This document shows positions 45,037-58,000 of a stretch of 64,000 bases of DNA, piece after piece (the first letter of the stretch is position 1; each line of letters starts with the position of its first letter). The DNA lies in assembly GCF_964204645.1 (NCBI RefSeq), contig NC_134028.1, forward strand, positions 18,917,653-18,981,652, written 5' to 3'. The notes beneath the pieces are model-generated. The model saw only the letters and a program-made list of their open reading frames with translations. It was not told the DNA's origin and did not search any database. The stretch comes from Tubulanus polymorphus. Taxonomy: Eukaryota; Animalia; Nemertea. The translations under genes and the position numbers were made by a program.

Positions 45037-45780
45037 TTATTTCTGAAATCCAAGTAAGCCACTGCTAGACAGATCTTTAATAATTTCAAGAAAATCTTTA
45101 TCCATTCCTTCCCGTGCTGTAAATAAGAGAAATTCTATCGAATAATCTGATAATCGATTCTTTTTGATACGTGATGAACACGTGCTTAAGTGTGGCCTAT
45201 TATTAGATTCAACATTTTTCCACAGAGTTCGAACTAAAACCAACTAAATCGTACTTTTGATCTAAAGCACAATTCGATATTTTGGATAAAACTTTTTCGA
45301 ACGCATTGGACTCGTATATTTACCAAGACACTGTCCAGCCACATTGATAAAACCGGAACAACACTGAATCTGTTTTTCTGGACATACGCCCATAATGGGA
45401 CGAAGGATTGTCTCGGGTCTGTACATCAAGTCGGCCCTAAAACACCCGAATTGATTACACTATGACACAGTATTCAAGAATGCACAAAAACATAGTAGAC
45501 AAATAGCAAATCATCAACGTTTAAGCGTGGAGAGTGGTTGTAAATCCATAAGGGATCATAAAATACGACAATATACGTATATAATATTCTCAATGTGTCC
45601 TACCTGTAACGAATCGAGTATTGGGAACATCGTCCAGTTCCGAGCCATTTGCAATTAGTGTAACCAACCTTCACCTTTTCAGATACCTGCTTATATTCAG
45701 CGACAGCTTTTGTGAATTGGTCAACATCAATTTCTTTTTCATCGATATCAGTCATGCAACAGAAATGCTTGATCCTGAAA
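45037..45780 (-). pseudogene. Possible degenerate hAT transposase C-terminal remnant
   Basis: STCSSRIKKNRLSDYSIEFLLFTAREG resembles the end of the hAT dimerisation domain. IDVDQFTKAVAEYKQ lies upstream. Heavily decayed. Confidence 0.35.
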
Positions 45781-46509
45781 ACGCACCATCAGGAAATTTT
45801 GAATCGGTTTACCCTTTTAAAATTTTCTGTACTTACGTCGAGGACAAATCCACAGATGCACTTAAAATTGCAAAATAGAGTTAATTTAGAATGTACTTCA
45901 AAATACATCTCCATACCCAATGAAGAAATAGATTCCATGAATACTCTCTGTTCCCAACCAAGTGTAAAAGGAAATGTATACAACGAATAGATGAAACTTA
46001 CCCAAATTGCCGGCGATTTCGCGAGAGCATCTCACGTATAGGATGAGGAAGATTATTCTCCTTTGCCTGAGCCAGCGCGCGTTTCTGTTCAGCTGTAAAA
46101 TCATCGAAACTGACAACAAACGCAATAGTTACAGCAAAAATTACGAGGCGGATCATGGCTGAGATTTATCGTTTGTTCTGTATTCGCTAATTGTGCTGAA
46201 TGCCCAACATAATATAGTAGTAGATAACTTGTCTATATACGTTTCCTATCTGATGTTTCCGGCGAAAAGCGTTATCTGAACAAGGTCGTGCTCTAATCAG
46301 AACATTACAACACCGATTGTCCAGTTCCCTTATGATTGCATTTTAACATTCCATCCTCGATCAAATATCCAGCTCTTACCAACCCTACCGCGATGTACAC
46401 AAAATTTGCAAGACGTAAATCTATGTAGCGCTTCAATGTGTTCTTCCGCTCCGAGGGTACCTGGGGTTTGACCATACAGGTCCGGCGGAAAGCTTACGTT
46501 TCCATTATA

Positions 46510-46932
46510 GCTGCGTTCACACTAGGATTTCAGTCCGGTACTAAGCGTTCACACTTAGAAATTATTCGAGACCTATTCGCGGCTTATTCAGTTCTGTACT
46601 GAAATGCGCGGCTTATTAAGCGCGGAATGCGATTCCGCGCCGAAAACCCGATATCAGTACGGAACTGAGCTGGCTGCGTATTTTCACACGCAAACCATTC
46701 ACTCGATACTAAACAATGCTCAAACAAAGCGAAGTGGACCATTTCCGGTGCCAGTTGCAATACAAACGCAATCATTTGTCTGGTGCTAAAATTTGGCTCG
46801 GGCCTGGTCCGACGTTTTTGGTCGGGCCAAATTTGGACCGGGCCAAACAGGCTCGGGTCCATTTGGCACCCGCGTGAACAGTTGTTCCGGGCCACATTTG
46901 GCACGGGCCAAAAATGCTCGTGTGATCGCGGC
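46510..46932. mobile_element. Harbinger/ISL2EU-like MITE
   Basis: TATA|GCTGCGTTCACAC ... GTGTGATCGCGGC|TATA, with internal TTTGGCMCG repeats. Confidence 0.55.
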
Positions 46933-47324
46933 TATAAAATCTAGCTTATACGTCCATGGTCATACACGCGTGTTGAAGAGTATAACGAAAACACCCCTTG
47001 TGGACACACAGGCAGTAGGGGAGCGTCAATATTGAGCGGTCAGTGGTTTCTCTCGAAGTAGGCCTACAGAGTCGTTGAATTGGGGTATAAAATTGTAAGA
47101 ATAGACGAAATTTGACATTGGGGAGAAAATGATGTGCCAGCTAGTGGGGCTCTTTAAGAAGATATGTTCAAAGCGAGTGGCAGGGTGGCAACGAGGACTG
47201 AATGACGCCTGATGAAAGTGGTGTTGACAGGTCTGAACAATGGCCTCTGTCCAGTGGTGAGTGTTTAGCGTCTTAACTAACTGGTCTGGTCAGTAAGTCA
47301 CTATTGACCAGTGCTAAGTCAGTG

Positions 47325-47369
47325 CATGGACGTATAAACTAGACGTATACGGTAGTTTATACGTCAATG
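47325..47369. mobile_element. 45-bp palindrome of the same family with near-perfect 7-bp TSD
   Basis: GTCAGTG|CATGGACGTATAAACTAG-ACGTATACGG-TAGTTTATACGTCAATG|GTCAGTT. Confidence 0.75.
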
Positions 47370-47879
47370 GTCAGTTGTTTGCATTTTCACCTGGCCCACT
47401 GAATGTCCAACGATCACAACCCGTTTGGTACTAAGCAGTCCGACCGTTTTGGCTGGGGTTTTTTGATGCCCTTGGTCCGTTCGTCAGACGTAGTTGCTAT
47501 GGATCCTTAACGAAAACTCCGTTCTAGCTCGACTCCTTTGTCCCTCTCTGGTGGGTCTCGTGATACAACCCTGAATTTATACCAAATCATAATCTCAAAA
47601 AATGTGTTACCGTGCGTTTTGAATACCTTGGTTTGTACTTCTCCCACAGGAAAATATAAAGAGTAAAATCCGGTGATTTGGTGATTTTCAAACAATTTTT
47701 CTGGTCATTTATCAAAATGAGTAATTTCATATAAACGTACATGCATAACAATCGGTAATTTTTGTTCAATTTTTGTTCGATGAATATTTCCATAGCTATT
47801 CAAAAAACGCCCTAGTGCTCAGGCATGCATGGCTTATCAATGCATTTCAACATTTCATCCTGTACTAAACATCCACATT

Positions 47880-48070
47880 AGTAATCTTTAAGCTTAGTTA
47901 ACACATCTGAGACGCATTTCATATATGGAGTCAGGAGTAATCTATCAGATGAGGTACCCATGTACTCCTGGGTGGAGAGAGGTAATGAGGACAAGCGTCT
48001 TGCCCCGGGACAGTATGGGGTTCGAACCAACGACCTGGTTTCCCGACAACGCTTAACCGGTGGCCTATAG
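47880..48070 (-). mobile_element. tRNA-derived SINE
   Basis: B-box-like GGTTCGAACC at about 48019-48028, followed on the minus strand by a SINE central-domain-like stretch (+ strand CTGGGTGGAGAGAGG...GTCTTGCCC). Confidence 0.6.
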
Positions 48071-48077
48071 CGATAGC

Positions 48078-48852
48078 CAGGCGCGGATCCAGGGTCATTT
48101 TGTGAATGTCTCACAACATGATAAATCCCGTAGTATACCCGCAAACCGCGAACCGCTCGGTTTCGGCACAATTTTTGATTGGCAGCCGTAAGCGCGAACA
48201 ATTTTGCTAATTTATGCTTCTGAAGACGCGTTCTGTGGACTTCTCAGAGCCTCATTAAATAAAACTCCAACTGCCTAAACTGGAAGCTAAAGTGGACCTT
48301 CTTTGCAATTAAATCATGGCTTCAGCAACCGCTTCTTTCCTAGCTGTGATTAGCTGCCGTGGAATGGTGACTTGGAAGACTAGTACCTCAGTAAAATTAT
48401 TTTTGCATTTTCATTGAAGATGGATGTATGAGAGACACCAGGGGCCGGTTATTCAACAGTGTATAACTTTATCCGCCGTTTAACTTAATCCAGGCTAGTT
48501 CATTTTCCTATAAGTTATCGAAACTTTATCCGCCGTATAACTTTATCCAGGCTAGTTCCTTTTCCTATAAGTTATCCATCCGGATAAGAGTTATACGCCG
48601 GAAAAGAGTTATCTTCCGTTGAACAATTTCAACTGGCCCCAGGTATAAAGAAAAATACTAACGTAGCGTATATAATTAAACAAAAACTACGACGTGAGAA
48701 GGTAATTGTGCATTAGTCTGATATTCATAGGATCAATGTGAACTAAACCTTTGTCTTTTCATATGCTTGTAGTTTTTTGGCACTTTTTGAATTTTTTAAG
48801 CAGCTCTGACTGACGCACGTGCGGCAATCGCGACAGCGTGGATCCGCGCCTG
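48078..48852. mobile_element. hAT-type MITE with the same TIR as 31728-32183, holding a nested palindromic MITE at about 48439-48642
   Basis: ATAGC|CAGGCGCGGATCCA ... TGGATCCGCGCCTG|ATGGC. The nested element runs CAGGGGCCGGTT ... AACTGGCCCCAG and has TAACTTTATCC repeats. Confidence 0.75.
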
Positions 48853-48923
48853 ATGGCTGGCCAGGTGACACGTATAAATCGTTGAATAACCCTAAAACTT
48901 TACTTTAACATAACAACATTTTC

Positions 48924-48929
48924 TTTATT
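48924..48929 (-). terminator. Candidate polyadenylation signal (AATAAA) of COPS3
   Basis: TTTATT on the + strand, about 125 nt past the COPS3 stop codon. Confidence 0.5.
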
Positions 48930-49052
48930 CATTGGCATTTTGGCATTCCAATATATACATGGGAATGAATAACCCAGGCAAATGATCGAAGATTTATAGT
49001 GTAGCAACTGATAGATGTATTCAAGCACATTCTAATACTTTTTATGAGGGTG

Positions 49053-52000
49053 TTACATCGCATATGTAGAAAGTTTTATAGATGATCCGGGCATATCGTC
49101 TTCATGTACTCCAGAATTCTAAAATTATAATTCAAAAATACACTATCCTTTCCTGTCTGATAATAGACATTTATCATACATGTAGAAGTTTAATATTATT
49201 ACATGAATGTTATCTATTGAAAAGTATTACAGGTGTTTCAAACTCAAATCATGATTATTCTGCCAAGAATTTGAGTGTTAAAAAAATCAAAAAATTAAAC
49301 TAGAAAGCATACCAGGTAGACAAATTATTACATGTAGCCTACTATAGATTAAAGCGATAAGATCGGACCAAAACTATGTCATTACCGTAGTAGAATAGCC
49401 TCAGTGACTCGAAATGAGAAAGGGGTGAAATTTAGAAAAGGGGCATGATGGGAAATCAGCTTCGAATCCCTGCCGAAGAGAGATAGATACAAATCTTAAG
49501 CGCACAAACCTTTTTAACAAACTGTGGATCAACAGCCACTTCACGATCCATTTCTTGTAGTTTTTCATCCAATTGAATGCATTGTTGCATCTAACAATAA
49601 ATACAGATCAAGCAACTTCTTATATTTATACTTTATCAAAACCATTTGAAGGAATACAGAATCAACAATCATTACCTCGGCATCGAGTTTTATCAGCATT
49701 GAGATGTTATTATATTTTTCTGGGTTGTCATGGAAACTAACCATGCCATCTTTTTGATTTATTGACGCATAAATTTCACCATCTTCAATCTGACAAAGAA
49801 ACAGAGGTTGTAAATTAGTGCAACAAAAGTGCCAAGGTCTTTTTTATGTGATAAAGACACAAGTTTGAAGAGACCAGCATTTTAATCAGTCAAACTTGCC
49901 CCAATACTGAATGATTGATTGAAAAATGACTTGTGTATAACTCATATATTGTTCATTGTTCCAAAATAGTAAAAGTTAACCAATAAAATAAGGGCATATG
50001 AAACGGTCCTATCTCAGGATCTGTCTCATATTGCTGTCAAATGTAATGTTAGTTTGATTTTCTTTCTTTGGTATTTATTTACCATACATGAACTTTTATA
50101 TAACTTTTCCTTGGCATATTACATTAATTTGTATGATTGCTACAGTACCTCGCATTAGTATTCCATGTAATACCACATCCCAGACATAATCATTTTGTTA
50201 GCCTGAGCAGGAGATATAATCGGCGGTATACTAATCCGAGGTACGCAGATTACAAAATGTCAGTGCGCACCATGTGTAAGACGTATTTCTCAGCTTCAAC
50301 TGGATCCGTTAGTTTTACTCGATTAGCCATATCAGCTAATGAAAGGGTCATAAATGTCTGCAAATAAAAATGTAGCAAAATTGAGATTTAAATTTCTACC
50401 CATTCTCAGTCGTCATCACTACAATACAGCAAAATCAGGGGCGGATCCAAGGCAAGGGTGCATGCAGGGGGTGCGAACCCCCTTCTAAAAAAGTCAAGTT
50501 GTCCTGAAATTTGACAGGAAAATGAAAAATATTAAACTGATACCCAAAAAAGTTTAGATACGGTACATATGATTGTTTTCTGTATTTCCGAAAATGGGTT
50601 ACCGTCTTCCAATGAGCTTTCTTTCAGGATGCCCCTTAATGATACGATATGCCCAATTTTGGTCTAAAACTGGTGTAGATAGCAGGAAAGGTGGTGGGTC
50701 TAGTAAGTAGATTCATACCTGCATTAGCTGTACTTTTACGTACCGGTACCGTATATCCATGTTCATTACTGATCACCCCTTTTAATTGTTAACCTATTCA
50801 TCATTACTTACTTTTGTCAATCTCTGAATATTTTTCTTGTATAAAGAAGAAATGCACTGCTTCACAAGGCCCATATTGCTATCCTATAATGTTTAATTTA
50901 TGAAAAGTTAATAAGGAAAAGTTGATAAGGAAAATTGTTATAAAGATGATAAGTAGTTACCCTTATAATTGTATCCTGGTGTTTGTTCACTTGAGCCTGT
51001 AAATCTGTGGGATTATTTGATGCATAAGCCACTGAAATATCTTGATATCCTTGACAAAGAGGCTGAAGAGCAATGTGGTTACTTATTCACCATTATTTTC
51101 ATTTAACAACATTCCAGGGATCTTGGTTAATTACATTAAAGATACATTTTTTGGTGGCCTTAATTGAAAGTTGATACATGTAATCACCATTTTCAACTGT
51201 CAGACTTCTCAAAGTTTCAACAAAATCCGAGGAAGTCGGGTGTCTGTTTAAATAAATGATTTTTCCAAAACAAATGATTTGTCTCGTTGCTTTCTCTAGG
51301 CACACTGATGTAGTCATCGGCATATTAATTGACTCCATAAATGAATGAATATCAACCACTATAAGCTCTTATTTTGATATATTATTATTAATATTTACCA
51401 GCCACATTGGAAGAGTGAGAGCTAAATTTTCGATAGGTCTTGGACCTAGATTCTTCTACCGATACGTACAATGTTAAAATAAAAGATGGCCGTCAGTCAG
51501 CCACCTTAATGTGATTATAGGGTTGATGTTCATACTACCATACACTAAACACTGGTATGAAAATTTCAGGATTTCATCTCAACTGATTTTTGAGTTATCG
51601 GGCAAATGCCAACGCTGTACAGTTAAAACCGCACCATCTCCTGCGACTTAGTACCAGTGATACCATAATCAAATTCCATCTACGGGAATAGCAGATGTTG
51701 GACGAAAAATGAACATGATAACCCACTGGGCCGAATAAAGTCCAATGTGGGCTAAAACAAGAGTACTGCTTAGGTTTTCAACAATGAACATACCTTTATA
51801 TATCTGCCCACTACTTGAGATGTGTATTTCGGTAAACATGGAATTTTACCATGTAATATCAATGCAACCAGGATGTATTTCTTGTACGCTTCCAACATGA
51901 TATGACTGACAGCCATACTGGGTGTTGTTATAGCCTGAAGATATACAAAGAGACATCAGTAATTTTGGTCAAAACATATTTGAAAACATTTTACTCTATG

Positions 52001-55000
52001 GAAATGAACATTTGCCAAAATCAGACCAAAAATTTCTGAGCCGTCATGTTTCAATAATCATTTTCACTAGTAGAACAAAATTACTCACGATCTCATAAAA
52101 ATACAACGCTCTCTCATAGTTCTTCAATCCTGTGTAAATCATACCGCCATAGTAATAATAAAGTAATAAGTGTCGAGCATCGTACTGACCACCCTACCAA
52201 AAAAAAAAACCAAAAATGATCCATTATTGAAATAAATTGGCAATGGTTAAAGTGGTTTACCTTGAACTATTAGGAATATTTTGAAGCGGATCATTGGAAA
52301 GAGATTCTAAACTAACCAACAACAGTTGAATAGTAGCAGTTTGTATTTACGTATGTAGTAGGCATAGGCCCAATCTTTAACAACTAATTGTTTATCGCAG
52401 AATAAGAATTTTACTGCGGATAAATAAACAATATCAACAAAAGGTATTTCTTCGATATTTTGAATCCATTTGCAGTTTGAATTTAGCACCTTTTTCGTGA
52501 GATAATCAACAACCCAAAAGTAGAAATTCAAACAAGCCCCTGTGAGTGGAAATGCATGCAATCTTGCTTCCTCCATTGTGGCTTTCCCATAATTATATTA
52601 CAGGGTATTAGGCCAAAAAAAAGATGTCTTGTTTCTCATGATTTTGAATTCCCGCCCGCATCGGAAAAATCATCGGCAAATTAGCGATAAAAATAAAGTC
52701 CGCCCTCCCGCATCATAGCTTGAAAATAAATTTGTTTTTTATAAAAATTAAAATCCGCCCGCCCGCATTGATATACTACGCATATCGTCATCTTCTTATC
52801 ATTTTATTTCTCTATGAACGTATCAAGAAAAGTTGATCGTATAAACATCATCGGCGCCACACTGGTGACTCGAACCCATATCAACGGAGTCGGTTACCGT
52901 AGGCCTAAATTTCAAATGCCAAGGTCGCTGTGGAGCTTGATTTCTGGCGTGATTCTTATTTCGAAGCGATTTCTCTTGGTAAAATGTGGTGCTTATAGCG
53001 TCCAAGATGTTGCTATCTGTTCAAATAATATTCCAAAAGAAGCCAATACTATGTTGGCCAATTCTACAAGTATCTCCAGAGTCAACAGTGATGGAACTTT
53101 TCGAAAATGCGTTGGCCGGTTGAGGTGTTGCAATGGATTTTCAGGATTCACTAATCATTTTCAGGATTAAGCAGTGATTTTCCAGTTAAATAAAAATAAA
53201 AAACTACCTCCCGCATCTGAAGAAAATATGTCAGAGGGATATTTTTATTGATATAATAAAAATAAAAAGACACCTCCCGCATCTCAAAAAAAAATTCAAA
53301 CAGTTCTTTTTATTTCTACTTTTTTTTTTTTAAAGTACATCAAAATAAAAACCGCCCACCCTCGTCATGGTAAAAAACAAAAGTGTGATGAGAAACAAGG
53401 CACCTTTTTTTTGGCCTTATATCAAGTATATTTTCAAATTTGTTATAGGGAATATATATAAAATAATCTTCAAATATAAAATATTAGTAATTCACTTTTA
53501 ATTATCTACATATTCATAGTTCTATATATATTTGTAGCTATCTGTAGACTTTTTCCTGTTTATCTAATCAACTAATTAACGAATATTTGCTTATTATAAC
53601 ACTAGTCTCTTAAACATGTCATAAACCTATTCAATAATTATCTGTACATAAGTGTTCAAAAATACCAGTGACTGTAACTATATTTTCTTGTAAACAATGT
53701 TTGCTACAGACTGAGTGACTCTAGTAATTGAACAATTAAAGTTATCTGCTGAAAAACAAAACTTGACCAATCATACATGAGTGTTGGACCAGTCGTCTGG
53801 GGGAGTGGCCTGAATTACGGTCAAACGTCCTCGTGCCAAAACGTCCTCTTGTCAAAACGTCCTCAGGTCAAAACTTCCTCAGTCAAACGTCCTCGGTCAA
53901 AACGTCCTCGTCTGTATTATGTCCTCTCCACTCACAATCAGTGGTGGTAGAGGGCAGCCACCTTTAGGAACCTGATGTTTAAAAAAATCCAACTTTTATA
54001 GATCCCTCTCAGACCATAGTCAGCCTAGCGTGGCTCGAGCCGCCCCAATATATTACTGAGTTACGTTTTTTATGTAACATTACATTTTTGGGTTTCCGCG
54101 CCGGTATATCAGCGCTTATCGAGATGAATTTAACAGAAAACGATTCGATGATCAGCAAATCCAATTTTGCGGCCATTTAATGATCGAATTGTGAACACAC
54201 TGGCCATTATTAGATAATAAGTATTTTTCCCCGAAATTTATATCTAAATAGACTTATGAGTCCCTGACTGGGTTATTTAAAAAATGTTGATGCCAATTGC
54301 AGTTTATCACATATCTGGACACATCGATAGATTCTACGTAGTTTCAGAACAATTAAAACGGGTACGTATTCCGCACAAGGTTTTTTACCCCAGTATCCTA
54401 GGTACTATATATAAAAACACTTGTCTTATAAAAACCTTTTTTGTCAGGCCGGGCCCCTGTGAATGCCAGCCTACGATAAATCAGGGAAAAATATTAACAG
54501 TCACATACATAGAAGGTCTTAATCCAATGATAAATAAAAAAGAATCCTGTTATACTTTACACATACGTGCCTGCCAGCATTTTTGAAAAATCAGTTTTGA
54601 AATCAGTCATCAAATTCGACTAATTATTCAATTAACTTATCCAACATTTAAAAAACTATAATCATTTTGCTAATACGTATTTCTATCATGTACAGCTTTT
54701 TATATTTAGATTCGAAATCCCCTGTCCAATCATTGCAAAACGGCCCGTGGCGATGAATGATAAAAACCTCGGAGTATAATCGTACAAACTAAATAGAGAT
54801 TTTTGACGAAGTATTTAATTCGATGATTATTTTTCTCTTTTGCAGGTTGACAAAGCATCAAAACCATGCCATTGTTTGGCCTTTTTTTTCAGAAAAAGAA
54901 AATTGGAAAATAAATGAAACCCCGTTGCTATCTTTCTAACCGCATTCGATTATTATATAGGACTATATATTTTGTATATATATAATACCCCCAGAAAAAA

Positions 55001-58000
55001 GGCTAAAGTCGTTGTGGGTTTTAAGCGCAAATCTGAGCTTTGACTTAAGCTTTCTTGGAAATCAAATGGTCCTGAAAAGGACTGTTTGATATGACTGGGT
55101 TTGGTGGGGTTGGAATCAATCGACGACAGAACCATTTATGTGTCAGCATTCACGGAGCAGTTGTTTTGCGCTAATATCTCCTTCTGTATACTTGTCCCAT
55201 ATCTTGAAGACTCTTACCTGAATCTGTCTATATTTCTTTCTTTGTATTCTTTTCAGTTTGCTGTCTGACACCAACTTCACTCGAAGATTGACCATTAATG
55301 CTTATTCGTGTAGTAGTGTAACCCGCAGATAAAATGGGAGGCTGTTTTTCTTTGCTTGGCGGTTAAGTTTAACGTGCCATCCGTCGGTGTCATAGTTCGT
55401 CCTTATCGACTGGTTGAATACATTCCACTTGCTCGGTTCCCAGATATTGCCACGTATTCATGTTTCATCCATGAAATTAACCAGTGCTTGGATCTGTGGA
55501 GATGTAGCTTTTTCCTTTAGCAAATTAAAAAGAGGTGTGATATGCTCGGCTGGAAGGTATGGCAATGCCATGAGTTGTCGAAGGTACTTGTATTATTCAT
55601 TGTGCTGATTATAGCTTACAGCCAAAGTTCTTGGATCTTTCGCCAAATGCACTGTGTCCAGTGAAAACTGCAGCCTCGAACTTCGACATCTGGGAAGACA
55701 TTAGGAAATGCCTTCCACATTGCAGCCTCAAAATCGGTGGCCACTGTTTCAAAGAATATGTTTAAGTAAAGCACAGTAATTGCTCTTCTTACGACCGGAC
55801 ATCAAGCAGAACAGGAGGGGAACTTGTTTGCTGTTGTCACCTTGACGGATGAAGGCGTGTATACTAAACAGCTGAGAAAACAGCTCCTTCACTACTTTAA
55901 ATGTGCTGTCTGCGTACTATGTCTTCGCTTTCTCTAAGAGATTGACCATGTTTCGGGTAGCGAACATGACGTGCCTTCTTCCTTTGTGTTTAATATCACC
56001 TATCAGAAAATCGCCAGGGATGAAGTTGTTGTCCATCTCAAAGTTGATATCTGTGGGATCAGCCAGTCGTAGCTTTTGGCTGTGTCTGTAGCTCGAGCTA
56101 GATTTTCAACCTTCGGCAGTGCTTGTATCGGTTTGGTGGTTGTGGTGAGACCTTGTTTTGGATGACTCTTTTGTGATTTATTTGTGATTGCCACGGCTGA
56201 CGTAAAGATATCACTCTTTGCCACTTCTTTTATTGCTGCTTTGACTTTAGTTGCCCGCGCTGCACCCAGTGTGGCTTCATGACAGTGCAGATGTGGACCG
56301 CAGGTGTAAGATTGACCATGCTGTCAGACTGTAGTCTAACACCAAACATTCTTATTTCTCACACCACGTGTCCATACTTTATTTCCATCGGTGCAGCGAG
56401 TTTTAACAGAATGACTGTAGCCATGACTATCAAGAAGGCATTCTTTCTTTTTCTGTGAGCCTTTAGTCACCACTTTGTATTGGATATCTTGTTCTTCTTC
56501 ATCAAAAGCGTTTTCGAGAGGGGTATTATCTTCAATGGACGGTTCATCCGTAGCACGATCATGAGGTATCTCAAATGGCCCCAGTTCTATTGAGTCTTCT
56601 TGGATATTTTACATGGCTTCATCTTCTCAAATAATTGGAGCTATGCGAGACGGCTCTCTGGTATTTCCATCTGGACCACGGGTAATATTGAAAATCGCGT
56701 GCTTTTAGCATTTGGCTCGATCACAGTGCTATTTTCTCGACACCAGATACATTTCCAATTTATTTTGAGCGTGCCCCTCACAGCCATTCTATAGTCGTTT
56801 CTACTGACGCCACTTTTGCACATGCAGTCTATACAAAAATCGCTATTTCCAGCCATCGTCTTGTTTGGTTTTGGTGAAAGTCGGTTGATTACATCACTAT
56901 CATTGTAGTATCGTTGTGTTGCAGTAGAACAGTGTCCAAGCAATGAGTGATGAGACCCCAGAGCAAACGATATTTATACAATTTTGCCCCACGCCGATTT
57001 TAGCTCACTAATAACAAATGCAATTTTGCAATTAAATTAATACAAGTTATTGTATATCAAAATAAACCCTGCTCACTTATAATATATTTTCACCCACACA
57101 TATATAATTTATTTGTAATTAATCACCTTGCTCACTCATAATCTATTTTTACTTAAATTATGATTTATTTGTAATCAATTACCTCGCTCACTCATAATTT
57201 ATTTGTACCCAAATTATAATTCATTTGGAATTCATTACCTTGCTCACTCATGATTTATTTATAAGTTTTTCTTTTCCAATTTAGTTTTCTACTCTAATTA
57301 GTGATGTCACTCTCCCTAAATAGCGAAGGCTTGAATCATCAAGTTTAAAGTACATTCAGTATCTCTTCAAAGTGATACTCATCATATGAAAATTTAAAGA
57401 ACTTATTTGAAAATATCATTCTTTAGCATGATTTAAGTATGTGCTTTCAATCTCCATAAGCTATTAAGATTGATATATCTCTAACAATTGCAACTTTGTA
57501 TCTCGATTTCGTTCCTCCTCAGATTAAATCCAACTTGGCTAAGTTATCAAATATCACAATGCTTTTACGACAAATTGTAACTTAAAAACTATCATTTTTG
57601 TCATTGAAACAGATGTTGGGAATTACGATTAAACTAACTGTGATAATATTGTAATGTTGTATTGTGTAAGGATTACCTTTTCACACTTCACACATGTTCA
57701 TCTAGCAAAGCTGGGCCGCATATATAATGTCAAACTATGTAAAATAGAATCAGAATTCTTCATATAACACATGATAAGAGTCGTCGTCGTCTGTCTCTGG
57801 TCTTTTTTCGTATTCGAGTCGGATTCATTCTCAACAACAGAGTCCTAAATCAAGGGCCAGCGGAAGCAAGTTGACATTGGCCCGGCTCATATCTGACGGC
57901 CGTGAGGTGTCAACCGCACGAAAAATTTGCGTCTGTTTTTTCGAGGGGTTTGGGGCACCAGAAAGTGTTCTGGTTGCAGCCATGTCAAAGGCTCTGCGGT

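Noticed and set aside
52814-53170. 118-aa ORF
   Set aside because: It lies inside a Zator-like MITE and has no recognisable motif.
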